This document shows positions 1 through 12,790 of a stretch of 64,000 nt of DNA, one piece after another; position 1 is the stretch's first letter; every line of letters begins with the position of its first letter. Made by a program: the position numbers and the translations under genes. The notes under the pieces were generated by a model. It saw only the letters and a program-made list of their open reading frames with translations. It had not been told where the DNA came from and ran no database searches. The stretch comes from Octopus sinensis (taxonomy: Eukaryota), in the NCBI RefSeq assembly GCF_006345805.1, contig NC_043003.1, positions 115,258,001 to 115,322,000 of the forward strand, in the 5' to 3' direction.

Positions 1-278
1 AAGAATCATATTTATTCGTGAAACGTGAACCCCTTTTGAATGCTTCCACTACAGAAGTTACTACAACAAGGATCCTACGCAAATATTAAAAACAAGTAGA
101 GAAGCGAAAGAAAGGCACTGAAGTCATTTATCGGAAGTTACATGTAGGGATCGAATCAGTTTGGTTCAGACGTCTTGGTACTCTAATTTTCAAGCGCGTC
201 GCTAGTCTTCGACCATTGGAGTCTGAATGAGTGTTTCATTGAATAGATTCAATTCAATCGACATATATATATATATAT

Positions 279-538
279 TGGTAAAAACGGTAAGGTAACA
301 AAAGAAAGAAAGAGACCTCAATATTATGTAAATAGAAGAAATTTATCTGTAAAATAATATGTGACAATTATTCAATAGCCAGATAAAACTGAGTTTCGGA
401 TGCAGGTGGAAATCCACAACACCATCTCTTCGGTTATCTGGCCATCTAACCGAAGAGATGGTGCTGTGGATTTCCACCTCGGCATCCGAAATCAGAGTTT
501 TATCTTGGCTTGAATAATTGTCAAATATTATTTTACAG

Positions 539-539
<1 letters not shown>
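279..539 (-). mobile_element. Penelope-like terminal-repeat remnant forming a fold-back (arms 346-436 and 447-539, 10-nt loop), between (TA)n tracts
   Basis: Arms are reverse complements by eye (TCTGTAAAATAATATGTGACAATTATTC...CGGTTA / TAACCG...GAATAATTGTCAAATATTATTTTACAGA). Same family as 37079-37545, which carries a PLE N-terminal peptide. Confidence 0.7.
381..439 (-). ncRNA. Minimal type I hammerhead ribozyme-like motif (U4C variant core)
   Basis: Minus strand reads AGATAA-CCGAAGA-GATG..CATC-C-GAAAC-TC-AGT-T-TTATCT: stem I 6 bp, stem II GATG/CATC, short stem III ACT/AGT, H17=U. Confidence 0.55.
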
Positions 540-592
<53 letters not shown>

Positions 593-838
593 GAGAGTGT
601 GTATGTGCGTTTGTGTGTGTTGTGTATATGTGTTTATGTGTGTGTGTATGTGTGTGTGTGTGAAAAGGGTGAATTATATTTCGTCCTTTATTTTAATAAG
701 AGGAATGACCACTAAACTGGATTCCTATACGCTAGAAATAGACGTCAAATCACCTAACCCCAAAGTGTGTATATATATATATATATATCTATATATATAT
801 ATATATATATATACATACACACACATACACACATACAC
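540..838. repeat. (TA)n, (TG)n and (CA)n microsatellites
   Basis: Direct reading. Confidence 0.95.
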
Positions 839-1204
839 GATGGGGTGCACAAAATGTTCCAGACTTTAAAGAAACCTCAAAAAGCCTGGTTGCAGGCCCG
901 ACCCTTTGAATTCTTTTATAGCGCTCAGAAAACCTGACGGACCGCTGCAAAATATCTGCAAATCTGAGAGGGGAATATGTTGAATAAAATAATAATTCTC
1001 TGATCCTCCTGTATTTTCTTTTACCCAAAGCCAGGAATTTTTCAGCACGTTCTCTTGTGTATGTGTGTGTGTGTGTGTCTGTGTGTGTGTGTGTGTGTTC
1101 ATTATTTTATTTTGACTGCATAATAATGGAATTTTATTAATCCTCATGAGAGATATTGATATTTTTTCTGAAATTTGTCACAAGAGAAGCTATTTCGAGG
1201 GAAG

Positions 1205-1390
1205 CGGTAAGTCGATTACACCAATGCCAGTGCCAAAATGATTCTTGTTTTATTGACTCCGAAATGATGAAAACCAAAATCGCCCCCGGTGGAATTTGAC
1301 CTCAGAACGTTAAAACAGGCCAAATGCCGCTTAGTATTTTTCTTGCTTGCTAACATTTCTGCCAGCACCCCGTTAATTCCGCCAGCTTGC
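1205..1390 (-). mobile_element. Degenerate SINE, family B
   Basis: TAAGTCGATTACA...GGAATTTGACCTCAGAACGT...GCTAACATTTCTGCCAGC aligns with intact copies such as 15353-15586. Confidence 0.75.
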
Positions 1391-1679
1391 CAAGGGGCCA
1401 TGCTGTGGCCCCTAAACCGCACCATGAACCTGGGAAGCAAGCTTCGTACGGCACAGCCACGCTTGCGCTTATGTACACACTTTTTTCCCTCCGTTTGGTA
1501 AAGGGTTTTGTTTCTCGCCCGGTAAAATGTCAAAAAATCACCCTTCTCATCAAGGACGCTAGGTAGGGCCGCCGGTTTTGTCACCGACAGCTTTAAAATG
1601 TGACAGGTGGAGAGGGTGTACTTGGTTACGCTTTACTTGTGGCACTCGATTCCGACCTGACACAGATACATGCTACATG

Positions 1680-1680
<1 letters not shown>

Positions 1681-1713
<33 letters not shown>

Positions 1714-2322
1714 TGTATGTATGTATGTATGTATGTATGTATGTATGTATGTATGTATGCATGTATGTATGTATGTATGAATGTATGTATGTGTGTATGC
1801 ATGTATGTATATATGTATGTGTGTATGTATGTATATATCTATGTATGTGTGTGTATGTATGTATGTATGTATGTATGTATGTATGCATGTGTGTATGTAT
1901 CCATGTATGTATGTATGTGTGTATGTATGTATGTATGTATGTGCGTATGTATGTATGAATGTGTGTATGTATGTATGCATGCATGTATGTATGTATGTAT
2001 GTATGTGTGTATGTGTGTATGTATGTATGCATGTATGTATGTATGTGCGTATCTATGTATGAATGTGTGTATGTATGTATGCATGCATGTATGTATGTAT
2101 GTATGTGTGTATGTGTGTATGTATGCATGTATGTATGTATGTATGTATGTATATATGAATGTATGTATGTATATTTGTATGTATGTATGTGCGTATGTAT
2201 GTATGTATGTATGTACGTATGTATGTATGTGCGTATGTATGTATGTGTGTATGTATGTGTATAAATGTATGTATGTATGCATGTATGTATGTATGTATGT
2301 ATGGTATGTATGGTATGTATGT
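1681..2322. repeat. ~640-bp (TATG)n microsatellite
   Basis: Direct reading; source of the MYVC/HTYI pseudo-ORFs. Confidence 0.98.
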
Positions 2323-2639
2323 AGCAGTAAATACGAAAGCACATAATATGTTCCAAAATGTGGCCGATCATGCAGCTGTGTATGATTGATCAGATGGTGG
2401 GCATCCTGTTCACACCTCTTTGTGTCCCTTTTTATCTATTCTCTCGGTTCTTCGCTCTTCCTCTCTAAATATATTTTACATAAGCGTTACAATGTTATAT
2501 GTAACACAGCAAAAGAACGTGTTAGAGAGTCTGAAATCATATATACAAGCAATTATTTTTACACACACCACACACACACACACACGCACACACATATATA
2601 TATAAATGTGACCGCGTGTGTACCGTTGGCGATTTTTTT

Positions 2640-2812
2640 CCTGTGTCTTCCCTTCTCCTGATCTTTCCTTCTCCTATGTTTCCGATGAAGAGCTCCGCTC
2701 GAAACGTTAAACCCTCCTTTTTTCCTTCTTTCCTGAGCGTCCAATAATACTATATTGTTCCACGTCCTGCGCGTTGTTGTGTTTTTTGTGCTTTCTGTTT
2801 GATTAACTTTAT
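2640..2812 (+). mobile_element. Penelope-like 3' end remnant with hammerhead motif at 2678-2712
   Basis: GTTT-CCGATGA-A-GAGC-TCC-GCTC-GAAAC-GT-T-AAAC, followed by a pyrimidine-rich tail ending in (TA)n. Confidence 0.6.
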
Positions 2813-2814
2813 TA

Positions 2815-2989
2815 TATAATATAATATATATATCATATATTATATATATATATATATGTATGTATATATATTATATATGCATATATATATATGTATATAT
2901 ATGTATGTGTATATATATATATGTATAAATATATATATATATGTATAAATATATATTATATATGTATATATATATGTATATATATATAG

Positions 2990-3043
<54 letters not shown>

Positions 3044-3050
3044 ATGTATA

Positions 3051-3083
<33 letters not shown>

Positions 3084-3133
3084 GTATGTATGTATGTATA
3101 TATATATGTATAAATATATATATATATATATAT
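2815..3133. repeat. (TA)n-rich compound microsatellite
   Basis: Direct reading. Confidence 0.95.
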
Positions 3134-3745
3134 GTAATTGACAAATATTTATTTCTATAACGAAAAACAACTTTAGTAGCTGTAAGTTTGATCAAAATAT
3201 GGAAGTGTTGAACTCTGTAGCACACGTTGTTTGACGGTTAGTAAACGTTATTTGCTAAAAGCATGACTTGTGAAAGCAGTGGAAATGTCTATTTTTTTTT
3301 CTCTCAAACTTTCTTTTTATGACCTCGAAAATGATATCTTGAAAGGTTTCTATTTCTTTTGGGTAAACAAACAAATTTGCAAACTTTCACTCTCCTTGGA
3401 GGAGAAAAGTCGAACAGACAACGTCTCAAAGTTACATTAAGAATTGGGCCACAGACAACAGATAATGTGTTTTCAAGATGGCTGATTGCTCTTGACGCCA
3501 TTTCTGTTAAATGCTGATACGTCTTTCTTCTTAGGAAAATAGAACTTTATCGATCTCGTGAGTCTCTCTCTCTATATTAACATTTCTATAACTAGAAAGT
3601 TCCTGAGCATCTACTCATGCTGTTAGCTACAGCCATAAACAAACAAATACGCCCCCCACCCCAAACACACACATATGCATACATTTGCATGCAAGTCCTG
3701 TATGCGTATGCATATATATATATATAATATATATATATATATACA

Positions 3746-4054
3746 CTGCGGCATAATTTCTTTTCCTCAACACGCTCTGCCCTGTCTGACATTGTTCCGA
3801 ACGAGATCAAAGAGGAAAAGGATCCCATCACCTTTAAACGGAGTCTGGATAGATTTCTTCAAGGAATACCAGATAAGCCACCCATACCTGGATACAACTC
3901 ACTCAACAAAAACTCACTACTTGAATGGACCATAAACAAAACCTGACTTAAAAGGGATTTAGTTAATCCTATCAGGTGGTGCTATTAAGTTAGACATGGC
4001 CTGGACCAATATTTGGCCGAAACATATCTAAGTTTTTCTAAAAAAAAAAAGAAA
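3746..4054 (+). mobile_element. 5'-truncated CR1/L2-group LINE: ORF2 C-terminus, 3' UTR stem-loop and A-rich tail
   Basis: 3746-3946 translates to LRHNFFSSTRSALSDIVPNEIKEEKDPITFKRSLDRFLQGIPDKPPIPGYNSLNKNSLLEWTINKT*, a typical CR1-group ORF2 end. A GGCC..GGCCGAAAC hairpin and a poly(A) run follow near 4040. Confidence 0.8.
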
Positions 4055-4217
4055 ATTTTAAACATAAATTAATAATTTGAAATTTAAATAATTTTAATTT
4101 TTTAATTTTTTATTTTATATATTTTGTATAATATATTATTTATTTTTATTTTTATGTTTTGGTTTATATTTTTCACTGTTTGATTTGCCTAATAGTGGTT
4201 TTATCTCTAATTTATTT

Positions 4218-4249
<32 letters not shown>

Positions 4250-4980
4250 GAAATTCGGGGTGAGTACTTGATAATTATAAGCACCTGTGTATACCGTTTG
4301 GTGGTTTAGGTGGTGGAGTAAATTGATCAAAATAAAATAAAAACATGATGCGAAGGATTCAGCGTACATATGTTTCGGGCCTTTATTAGACAGATTTATA
4401 ACAATGCATAATGTATGTCTGTGGCTTCTTCAGCCGCGCACAACAGCTTCCACAAGGACATGTGTTACATCAAAAATTCTGGTTGGGGATGCGATCCTCT
4501 CATTCGCGTACGACATAAGCGGTAGCAGCATAGAATTGAAGCGTCCATCTCCTTCTTCTCTCAATGTAGAATGAGGAAAACTGGATGTTGAGGTAATGTA
4601 AATAAATAAATACATATATAGACGTGAAGATGGAGGGGCGAGAATTCGGGACCAGGGATAACAAATGTATAAAAGGTGTAAGTATAGAAAAATATAAAAA
4701 TGTAGAGCATAAAGAATAAAGAGTTATAAGGAGATGTAAAGGGGGTATAAAGGATATAAAGAAATATAAAGAAATATAAGTAAATGGAAGGCATAAGGTT
4801 ATAAAGTAAAAATAGAAATAGAATAAGAGTAAAAAAACATGATAAAAACATGATAAAAATGTAAAAGAATGTAAAGATAAGGGATGTATAGAGGTTACGG
4901 ACCAAGCATGGTGGTCAGGAGATTGATAAAATTTAGTTGTAGAATTGTCAGTAAATCAACAGTTTGATTTAAATCAACAG

Positions 4981-5022
<42 letters not shown>

Positions 5023-5026
5023 TATA

Positions 5027-5352
5027 ATATATTAATAAATAAAACATATGCATATATATGTACATATATGTACGTACCTACCTCTACATGTATATATACA
5101 CGCATATATGAGTACAGGACACCAAAAAAACTTCGAACACAATGAGAAACGAAAACATAGACACAAACACAAGGAACTGGACATTTTTCTTAAACAACAA
5201 AAAAGAGTACAGGACAAATAGCACAAGGAAAAAACCCCTTCTTCAGTCGCCATGGTTTCATCTACTCTACGTTTCGAAGGTGAAAGCAAGACGTATCTTC
5301 GATAAGAAACTTTCCTTCCTGCGAAAAGCAAATCAAATAAAATTTGAGATCT
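5027..5352 (-). repeat. Dispersed repeat ending in (TA)n; second copy at 7914-8045
   Basis: ~130 bp shared almost identically (TAATAAATAAAACATATGC...GAGTACAGGACACCAAAAAAAC..GAACACAATGAGAAACGAAAACA). The minus strand has degenerate CTGAAGA and CGAAACGTA motifs, so it is possibly a PLE tail. Confidence 0.7.
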
Positions 5353-6789
5353 CGTATATATATATATATATATTCTTGGTTAGAAACCGTACTATAATGT
5401 ATACATTACCACTGTCACCTGTTTTATATACGTATGTTGTTAAACGCTTTTAGGTTGCAGCATCTCGTCCAGAGAAGTCGTTTACAGACTTAGATTGTCA
5501 AGAAGCCCGTTATATTTCAAAACCAAGCGAAACGAATCGCCCCGGGAGTGAACGAAAACGACAGGTATACATACTATGCAGTTATTTCTACTGATGGATG
5601 CGGTGCCGTATACTTGATTCACCTTCGAAACGAATTCGTATCGCTAGATTGAAGTATAGACAGATTGAAGTATATACAAATCTATCTGCTGATGTGAAAC
5701 AAAATTCAGTTTGGTGGTAAAAGCAGCTCTACAAATTAGACAAAATCGACATCCCTTACACTTGTTAAAAGCGTTTCGCAGCGAAATTTCGCGTAGGGAT
5801 TGTCTCATGATAGACGTAGGGTGTTAAAAAACACATTCAAAAGAAATCACTCCGTAGGTAAACAAGAATGAATTTCTTCATTTTTTTAAATATTTCCGAG
5901 TTACTTTAATTCATCAATGCTGTATAGGCGACTCACTTTGGAAACAAATTCGAATGGTTGTCCTGAAGAATATATGGGAATCTGAAATTCTATCTAACGA
6001 TGTGAAATATTGCCGAAAATATAAAATTTGGGGTAACAATGTAAATATGTTGTACTGTTGCATATTAACCGTTAAATATTATGCCGTTTCTGTATATTTC
6101 AGGTCATTCAAAGTAGCAATGTATGTATTTTCCTTCACTTCCGTGGTTATTCCTTTCGTCTAGCATTGAATTAATCTGTGTAGTTTTAAAATTCTACGTT
6201 TTTAAGAAGACATTCCCTGGTCGGAATACGGTAGGGTACATAGCTATTGCTGTGACTTTAAGTGTGTCTGTGCACAGAGGGAGAATGAATAAATAAATAA
6301 ATAAACCGCGAAAGCGTGTTAAATATAAATCAATATATATTAAACAATTGCAGCGTAGAAGGTGTTTATAAGTCATTTAAAAACACACAAAAACTATTAG
6401 ATTCACTTCAACATTTAAATTTAATTTGCCAAAATATTTTCGTCGCTTTCAGACCGCGACCTGATCACTGACAAAATTCTTGCTATGCAATTACATCTCC
6501 GTAATATGTATTAAGTTTACGCTAAAAAAATGTCTTCTGTGTTTCCACTATACAACCTTCTTTTGAACGAATTCAAACATGGAAAGTAAGGATGGAGACA
6601 GAACCACCCGTGTATCTAACGGTCATAGCACTCTGGTTAATTCTAAGAACCTGTGAAAAGATATGAAATGGCTAACTCTTAAAATTGCCCTGTTGCTTGA
6701 GACTTAGTATGCGCCACTACGTGCTAGTTCTCCACGGGCTGTGAACTCTACAAACATCACTCCTTGATATTTGTAGATTTTATACCACG

Positions 6790-7030
6790 TGTTCAACCGT
6801 ATATTTAGGAAACCTCTGAAGGAGACCAAATAAGCATTTGAGACGATATAACGACAGAAAACAGCCCTCCATACTCTACAAACATGCCAGCGACAAACAT
6901 GGAGGCAACCTGGGTCAACTTGACATCCACGCTTTATCCAAGCATCCAAAGGACCCAACCCTCAAACAAATACAGGAGTACGCCCAAATAAATAAAACAT
7001 CCCCACTACTAATTAGGAAAGATACGTAGT
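6790..7030 (+). pseudogene. Penelope-like GIY-YIG endonuclease C-terminal remnant
   Basis: YLG(E)T..KHLRRYNDRKQPSILYKHASDKHGG...KDPTLKQIQE..IN...LL.RKD matches the PLE pattern YIGET..EH...KH..KHGG..DPxLRQIxE..I...LNxK; frameshifted. Confidence 0.7.
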
Positions 7031-7052
7031 AGGTAATCAAACCCCCCATACC

Positions 7053-7090
<38 letters not shown>

Positions 7091-7832
7091 ATATATATAT
7101 ATATATATATACACAGATAGAATAGTTAGTGGGCTGTTATGTAAATGTATGTAAGTGTGTGTATATATATATATACGTATATATGCACATGTAGGTAGTC
7201 AAAGAGATATGAAAGTAAACAGATAGACATACAGATGGAAAGGTACGTAGGTAATGTGAACACACAAGCACAGATACACGCATGCGCAAGTGAAAACTGA
7301 AACACATGACCATACACACAAACACACACACACAGACATGCACACACAAAGAGACACGGGTACACGCATACGCACATGCAAACACACACACATAAAACAC
7401 ACAAACACACAAAAGCACATACACATGAATGTGCCAAATACACACATACAAACGTATACATATACATACATATATATACACACGCACACACACATACATA
7501 CACCCACATGCATACGTACATACTTACGTACATACATAAATACTTGTTTGTGTATGCGCACACACACACTGACTCACGCACATGCGCACAAAGAAACAAA
7601 AAGAACGCAGCTCGGATAACGGACGGAGACAACAACTATTGAAGAGCCTACAAGACGCAACGAAAATTTTAGAAAAATAAAGAAGTAAAAGAGTGAGAAT
7701 TTAACCAGTGCGTGTGTTAAATTAGAAGTCACCAAAAGTGAATGACTCTCCCCAGACACAAACAATATATACTTCAACACAAGAACTGACATAAAGAATC
7801 TTGCAAACGAAATCGAAAAACGAAGTATATAG

Positions 7833-7913
<81 letters not shown>

Positions 7914-7920
<7 letters not shown>

Positions 7921-8045
7921 TAATAAATAAAACATATGCATATATATATACATATATGCACGTACCTAACTCTACATGTATATATACACGCATATATGAG
8001 TACAGGACACCAAAAAAACGTCGAACACAATGAGAAACGAAAACA
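7914..8045 (-). repeat. Second copy of the 5027-5157 repeat
   Basis: Direct alignment by eye. Confidence 0.8.
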
Positions 8046-8939
8046 GACACATATATATGTATATATAAATATATGAATGCATTTATGAATGTGTGTGTTT
8101 GTGTGTGTAGGGCAATATGCGCAAGCATTTTCACATTTTACCCATCTGCAAACAGAAACGCACAAAATTGGAGTGAGAGAAGGTGCCGAAGAAAGTTAAA
8201 GCATACATTTAAACAGAGTGTAATGTACAGGAGCTGACAACTTTAAAAACTACTAGAGGGCGTTTTTCATTCAATCTTTTTACATTTACCATAGAAATTG
8301 TTCAACTTTAGATTGACGTCTGGGAATTTAAGCTCTTTTGCTGTCACAGAGAGTTACGCTCTGTTTTGGTTAATGCTTGTTGCTTCTGCAAATAATTCTA
8401 TATTTCTTTCTTTTTTCTCCTCATATTCCTATAAATTTCTTTCTGTTACATTACATTTGTATTCATTATTTATAACGAGAAAACCATTTATATTTAGATT
8501 CATATCTACGAATTGATAGTTATAAAAACTAAATCTACTTAAAATAAAAGAAAGATAGACTGCATGATTCACTGATAGACAGACTCACTAATGTGGAGGA
8601 GCTTAAAATCGATAAATAGTGAATTTTACAAAAATGAATAAATAAATAAAATATAAAATAAAATATAAAAATCAAAGTATGAAACATAATAACTGAGACA
8701 GATGAAGGTATAGAGCTAAACATATAAAAGCAGTTGTATTCAGGCCTTGAGGAAATTTAGTGCAAACTAGTTCAGTGGTCATTCAAAGTCTTATCATATA
8801 TTTGATAAGCGAGCATGTATGGCCATTTGCTGAACATTTTGACGTGGTTCTTTTCATATAATTTCTTTAAAACGTGTTTTTCTTTACTCCATCTCCAATC
8901 GTTTTATATTCAAATTCATGTCATTGCTAAGCATATTCT

Positions 8940-9333
8940 TTTACTCTTTTACTCTTTTATTTGTTTCAGTCATGTGACCGTGGCCATGCTGGAGCACCGC
9001 TTTTAGTCGAACAAATCGACCCCGGGAGGAACTTATTCTTTGCAAGCGTAGTACTTAATCTATTGATCGCTTTTGCCGAACCGCTAAGTGACGGGGACGT
9101 AAACACACAACCATCGGTTGTCAAGCGATGTTGGGGGGGGGGACCAAACACAGGCACACAAACACACACACATGCATACATATACATATAAATATATTCG
9201 ACGGGCTTCTTTCAGTTTCCGTCTACCAAATCCACTCACAAGGCTTTGGTCGGCCCGAGGCTATAGTAGAAGACACGCAGTGGGACTGAACCCGGAACCA
9301 TGTGGTTGGTAAGTACAGCCACTCCTGTGCCTA
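8940..9333 (-). mobile_element. SINE family A (tRNA-like head, internal (CA)n(TA)n, (GAGTAAAA)n tail)
   Basis: Matches 21717-22163 and 51935-52246, with a partial deletion in the head. Confidence 0.9.
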
Positions 9334-9884
9334 GATGCATTTATTTTTCTTGCATCGTCTGAAGAAAGATATTGACATCTACCAGAACGATGTGCATGAG
9401 AAGACGAGATCTAAGTTATAAACAAACACATTTGCTTGATTTCGTAGGTGAAGTCTCCATAGTATAATGCTACACCCCAGAATATTTCACAATTTATAAT
9501 TCAACAGAATTACTTTGGTGAGTGTTTCTTAAATTATTTTCTGCATTTCTTGTGATATCATTTTAAAACTTTTGAGAAATAAAGCGCAAGACAACCTCAC
9601 TCTGAAGTCCAAATCCGAAATTTTCAACTAGCATGTAATTTCTCAGTGCTCCAAAATCCCAGGTGGCGTTGCTAAACCAGGCCATTGTCCACCAGCTGTT
9701 TGTCCCCCTGTCCATTTCTCTATGAAACGCGTCCATGTAAGCCTAGATGACTTCGTCGACAGGAACACTTGTATATTATCTGCTCTGCTTGAAACAAATG
9801 TGGAATATACAGAAATTATAACAGAAGTGATTAGCTTAATAACTACGAAACCATTATTTGATTACCACTATTATTAATAGTAAT

Positions 9885-9976
9885 AACAGTACTAATGATA
9901 ATAATAATTATATTATTAATAGTATTATTATTATTATTTTGAATATTATAATTATTATTATTACTACTACTATAAT

Positions 9977-10028
<52 letters not shown>
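9885..10028. repeat. (TAT)n/(TAG)n trinucleotide tract
   Basis: Direct reading. Confidence 0.95.
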
Positions 10029-10029
<1 letters not shown>

Positions 10030-10105
10030 TTGTCGTCGTGGCCACTCATGTGTATGCTTACATATACACATACAGACACATATACACCCACAAATATATA
10101 TATGC

Positions 10106-10225
10106 GTTTACATACATAAATACATACACGTATGCATGTACACAACCATCCATTCATATATATGTACATATGTATGAATGGATGGCTGTGTACATGCATA
10201 CGTGTATGTATTTATGTATGTAAAC
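10106..10225. repeat. 120-bp loopless palindrome
   Basis: 60-bp arms centred on GTAC (10164-10167), with 2 mismatches. Confidence 0.9.
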
Positions 10226-10576
10226 CCACAGTGCATCATCATAGAGACACTGCATTCGATTTCGTACAAGAGAGCTTAGGAAAGATAAAACAAAAATCAA
10301 CACAGGATCTACTCAACGCCATGGCAGGAAACTACAACCGTGCTTGACTCATGCAATTTAAGATAACCATACGTACACACATGCAAACACACACACATTC
10401 ACACACACACATGCATATACATATATATATGTATATGTATATATATATATAGAGAGTGAGATTTATGTATATATATATATATATATATATAATTTTATGT
10501 AACTCTAAATGTCCGTTCCTGTTTATCTCTCGCTCTGTCTCTCTCTCTCTCTTTCTCTCTCTATTTCTCTTTGGCC

Positions 10577-10625
<49 letters not shown>

Positions 10626-11107
10626 CCTCACTCTCTATACAAATACATACACATTCGCAAACACACACAACCACATATGCGTGTCCATGTGTATGTTAAT
10701 ATATCTTGTTAGAAATCTAAACTCAAACACAACAGCAACGCAGGGTCTCGGTTTAAAAGATCTCTCTGCTAATCTTATCAATCCAATCGCTGTCACTTTT
10801 GAACCGTTGGATGTTAGACTGGAGCCAACTTGTCTTTCGAGCATTGAAGCAAGAAATATATAAAAGACACATTCGTTATGTTATTATTTTATTCGAGTTG
10901 TAAAATATTTCGCTTCACTACATATTCTCACATCCACTCTACCTATGTTGATACACCACTTATTTATATTGCATTATATATTATTCATGTATCCATGTAT
11001 AGGATATATATATATAATTATATAAGTATATATATAATAATATATAATATATATAATATATATATATATCTATATATATATATAATATAAGTGTGTGTTT
11101 GTGTGTC

Positions 11108-11152
<45 letters not shown>

Positions 11153-11413
11153 TATATTGTATGTATGTATATATTATTATATATATAAAATCTATGTCCA
11201 TGTGTATCACTCTCTCTCTCTGCTTATATATACACATACACGGACACAAGCAAACACACACGCACACACATATAGGCATGGATGTAGGGTAAGAAGCTTC
11301 CTTCCCAAACACAGTTCCGGGTTCATTCCCACTGCTCGGCGTCTCGGGCGGAGCTAAGCTTTGTGAATGCATTTGACAGAAAACTAACGAAGTTCTTCGT
11401 GTGTATATTATAT

Positions 11414-11464
<51 letters not shown>

Positions 11465-11468
11465 CTCG

Positions 11469-11614
11469 TTGTATTTAGTAATGGTCATTTTCCCAGTTTA
11501 GCCAATAAAAACACACGCACTATATATTTGGTGTTACTTTGGCAAAGTAACGACAAATATAAAGTGCGTGTGTTTTTATTGCTAAACTGGCAACATGACC
11601 ATTCCTAAATACAA
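11469..11614. repeat. 146-bp palindromic (fold-back) element
   Basis: TTGTATTTAGTAATGGTCAT...GTTACTTTG-G-CAAAGTAAC...ATGACCATTCCTAAATACAA; ~72-bp arms with scattered mismatches. Confidence 0.85.
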
Positions 11615-12064
11615 TAATATCTGTTTCAACACACGATTTCATATCAAAAACCTTGCATATATATATTATATATATATATATCTATATATATATATATATA
11701 TATATATGTGGGGGGGGGGGTGACACATCTGAGAAAGACAAAATGGAATTCACGAAACTCATTATTAATCACATCGTACGTCGGTGCCTCTTAGGTGAGA
11801 TTTTATACACCTGGTCGTGGTGCATCATTCGGTGCAGATGTGCCTCGTTAGGCGACTTTTCAAAAGATACTTGTCTCATTAAACCAAGTTTCGCTTATTA
11901 CTTGTAGCTGGTGGCGCACAGGGCAGACTAAAGTATAGACGCAACGACGGACAAAGTGTTGCTAAACATTTTGTATGGTGTATTAAAGTATCTGTCATCT
12001 CGCTGCCCTAAAACCCTATAATATATTCGTTTGAAGTTTTAGAATAAGGCGATAAATATGTGAA

Positions 12065-12225
12065 AGGGGGATAGTCGGTTGCAACGACCCCAGTGCTCAA
12101 CTGATACTTATTTTATCGACTCCGAAAGATGAAAGGAAAATTGGAGTCAAAATCGACCTCAGCAGAATTTGAACTTAGATCATAGAGACGAACAAAATGC
12201 CACTAAATATTTTATCACTGTTCTA
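12065..12225 (-). mobile_element. Degenerate SINE, family B
   Basis: CGACCCCAGTGCTCAACTGATACTTATTTTATCGAC..GAAAG..GAATTTGAACT..GAAC. Confidence 0.7.
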
Positions 12226-12439
12226 AACTTCCATACAATACTGAGACCAAAAATGGTTGACTTCAAATTTATCAGTCGGCTTTTATAGAATTCAAGAATA
12301 AAGACAACATAGCATCCATGAATATTATGAGAGTATAGTCTCATAATTAAATCAATAATTACTAAAAGTTAGAGGCAGTATATCTCTAGTCAGTATATTA
12401 ATATTTTCCAGCAAGTCACACCCATAAACTAATCCCAGT

Positions 12440-12790
12440 TGTAATTGTCGAGACCCTCAACCGTGCCCGCTCGATCAGGCGTCCTTAATAAACTCAGCTG
12501 TTTATGAGACCGAAGTTACAACATTGCTACAAGGTAATGCAATGGAAAGGAAAACGTACGTTGTTTAATGCAAAGGCAATTTTTAAAAGAACCGGTTATG
12601 CAAATTACCAATCTTTTTTCCAATATATTGATAAAAATAAAGCGATTCTGTTGGCTAGCCATGTATGGGATCTGAAAAGCAACTGTACAGCACATACAAT
12701 CAAATGAAGAGTCATGGAGGAATCTGACATATGTAAATAGATCAAAGTGATGCAAGTTATTCGTGTCTGAAATTTCCCTCATTCTTTGTA
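12440..12790 (+). pseudogene. Penelope-like (Naiad/Neptune-type) GIY-YIG endonuclease remnant
   Basis: CNCRDPQPCPLDQASLINSAVYETEVTT, then FKR..YANYQSFF....K..L.SHVWDLK....TIK*: the CxCR..CPL..VY..FK.RY.NH..SF..L..WxLK..IKW pattern; frameshifted. Confidence 0.8.

Noticed and set aside
1578-2389. Long ORFs up to 248 aa (MYVC/HTYI repeats) and similar YI/VC/TH-rich ORFs throughout
   Set aside because: Stop-free translations of (TATG)n, (TA)n and (TG)n microsatellites; no coding complexity.
3304-3501. 65-aa minus-strand ORF MASRAISHLENT...
   Set aside because: No recognisable domain or exon partner; length is expected by chance.
9352-9392. CTGAAGA with AGAT/ATCT stem, and similar partial motifs near 4365-4440, 28170-28200 and 36000-36055 (minus)
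   Set aside because: Each lacks an intact core element, GAAAC..UH or a matching stem I; too degenerate to call hammerheads.
9600-9742. 47-codon Trp-rich minus-strand frame (AYMDAFHREMDRGTNSWW...) with a good GTGAG donor
   Set aside because: Poor acceptor context, no recognised family, and it overlaps a plus-strand candidate with better signals; cannot be resolved without RNA data.
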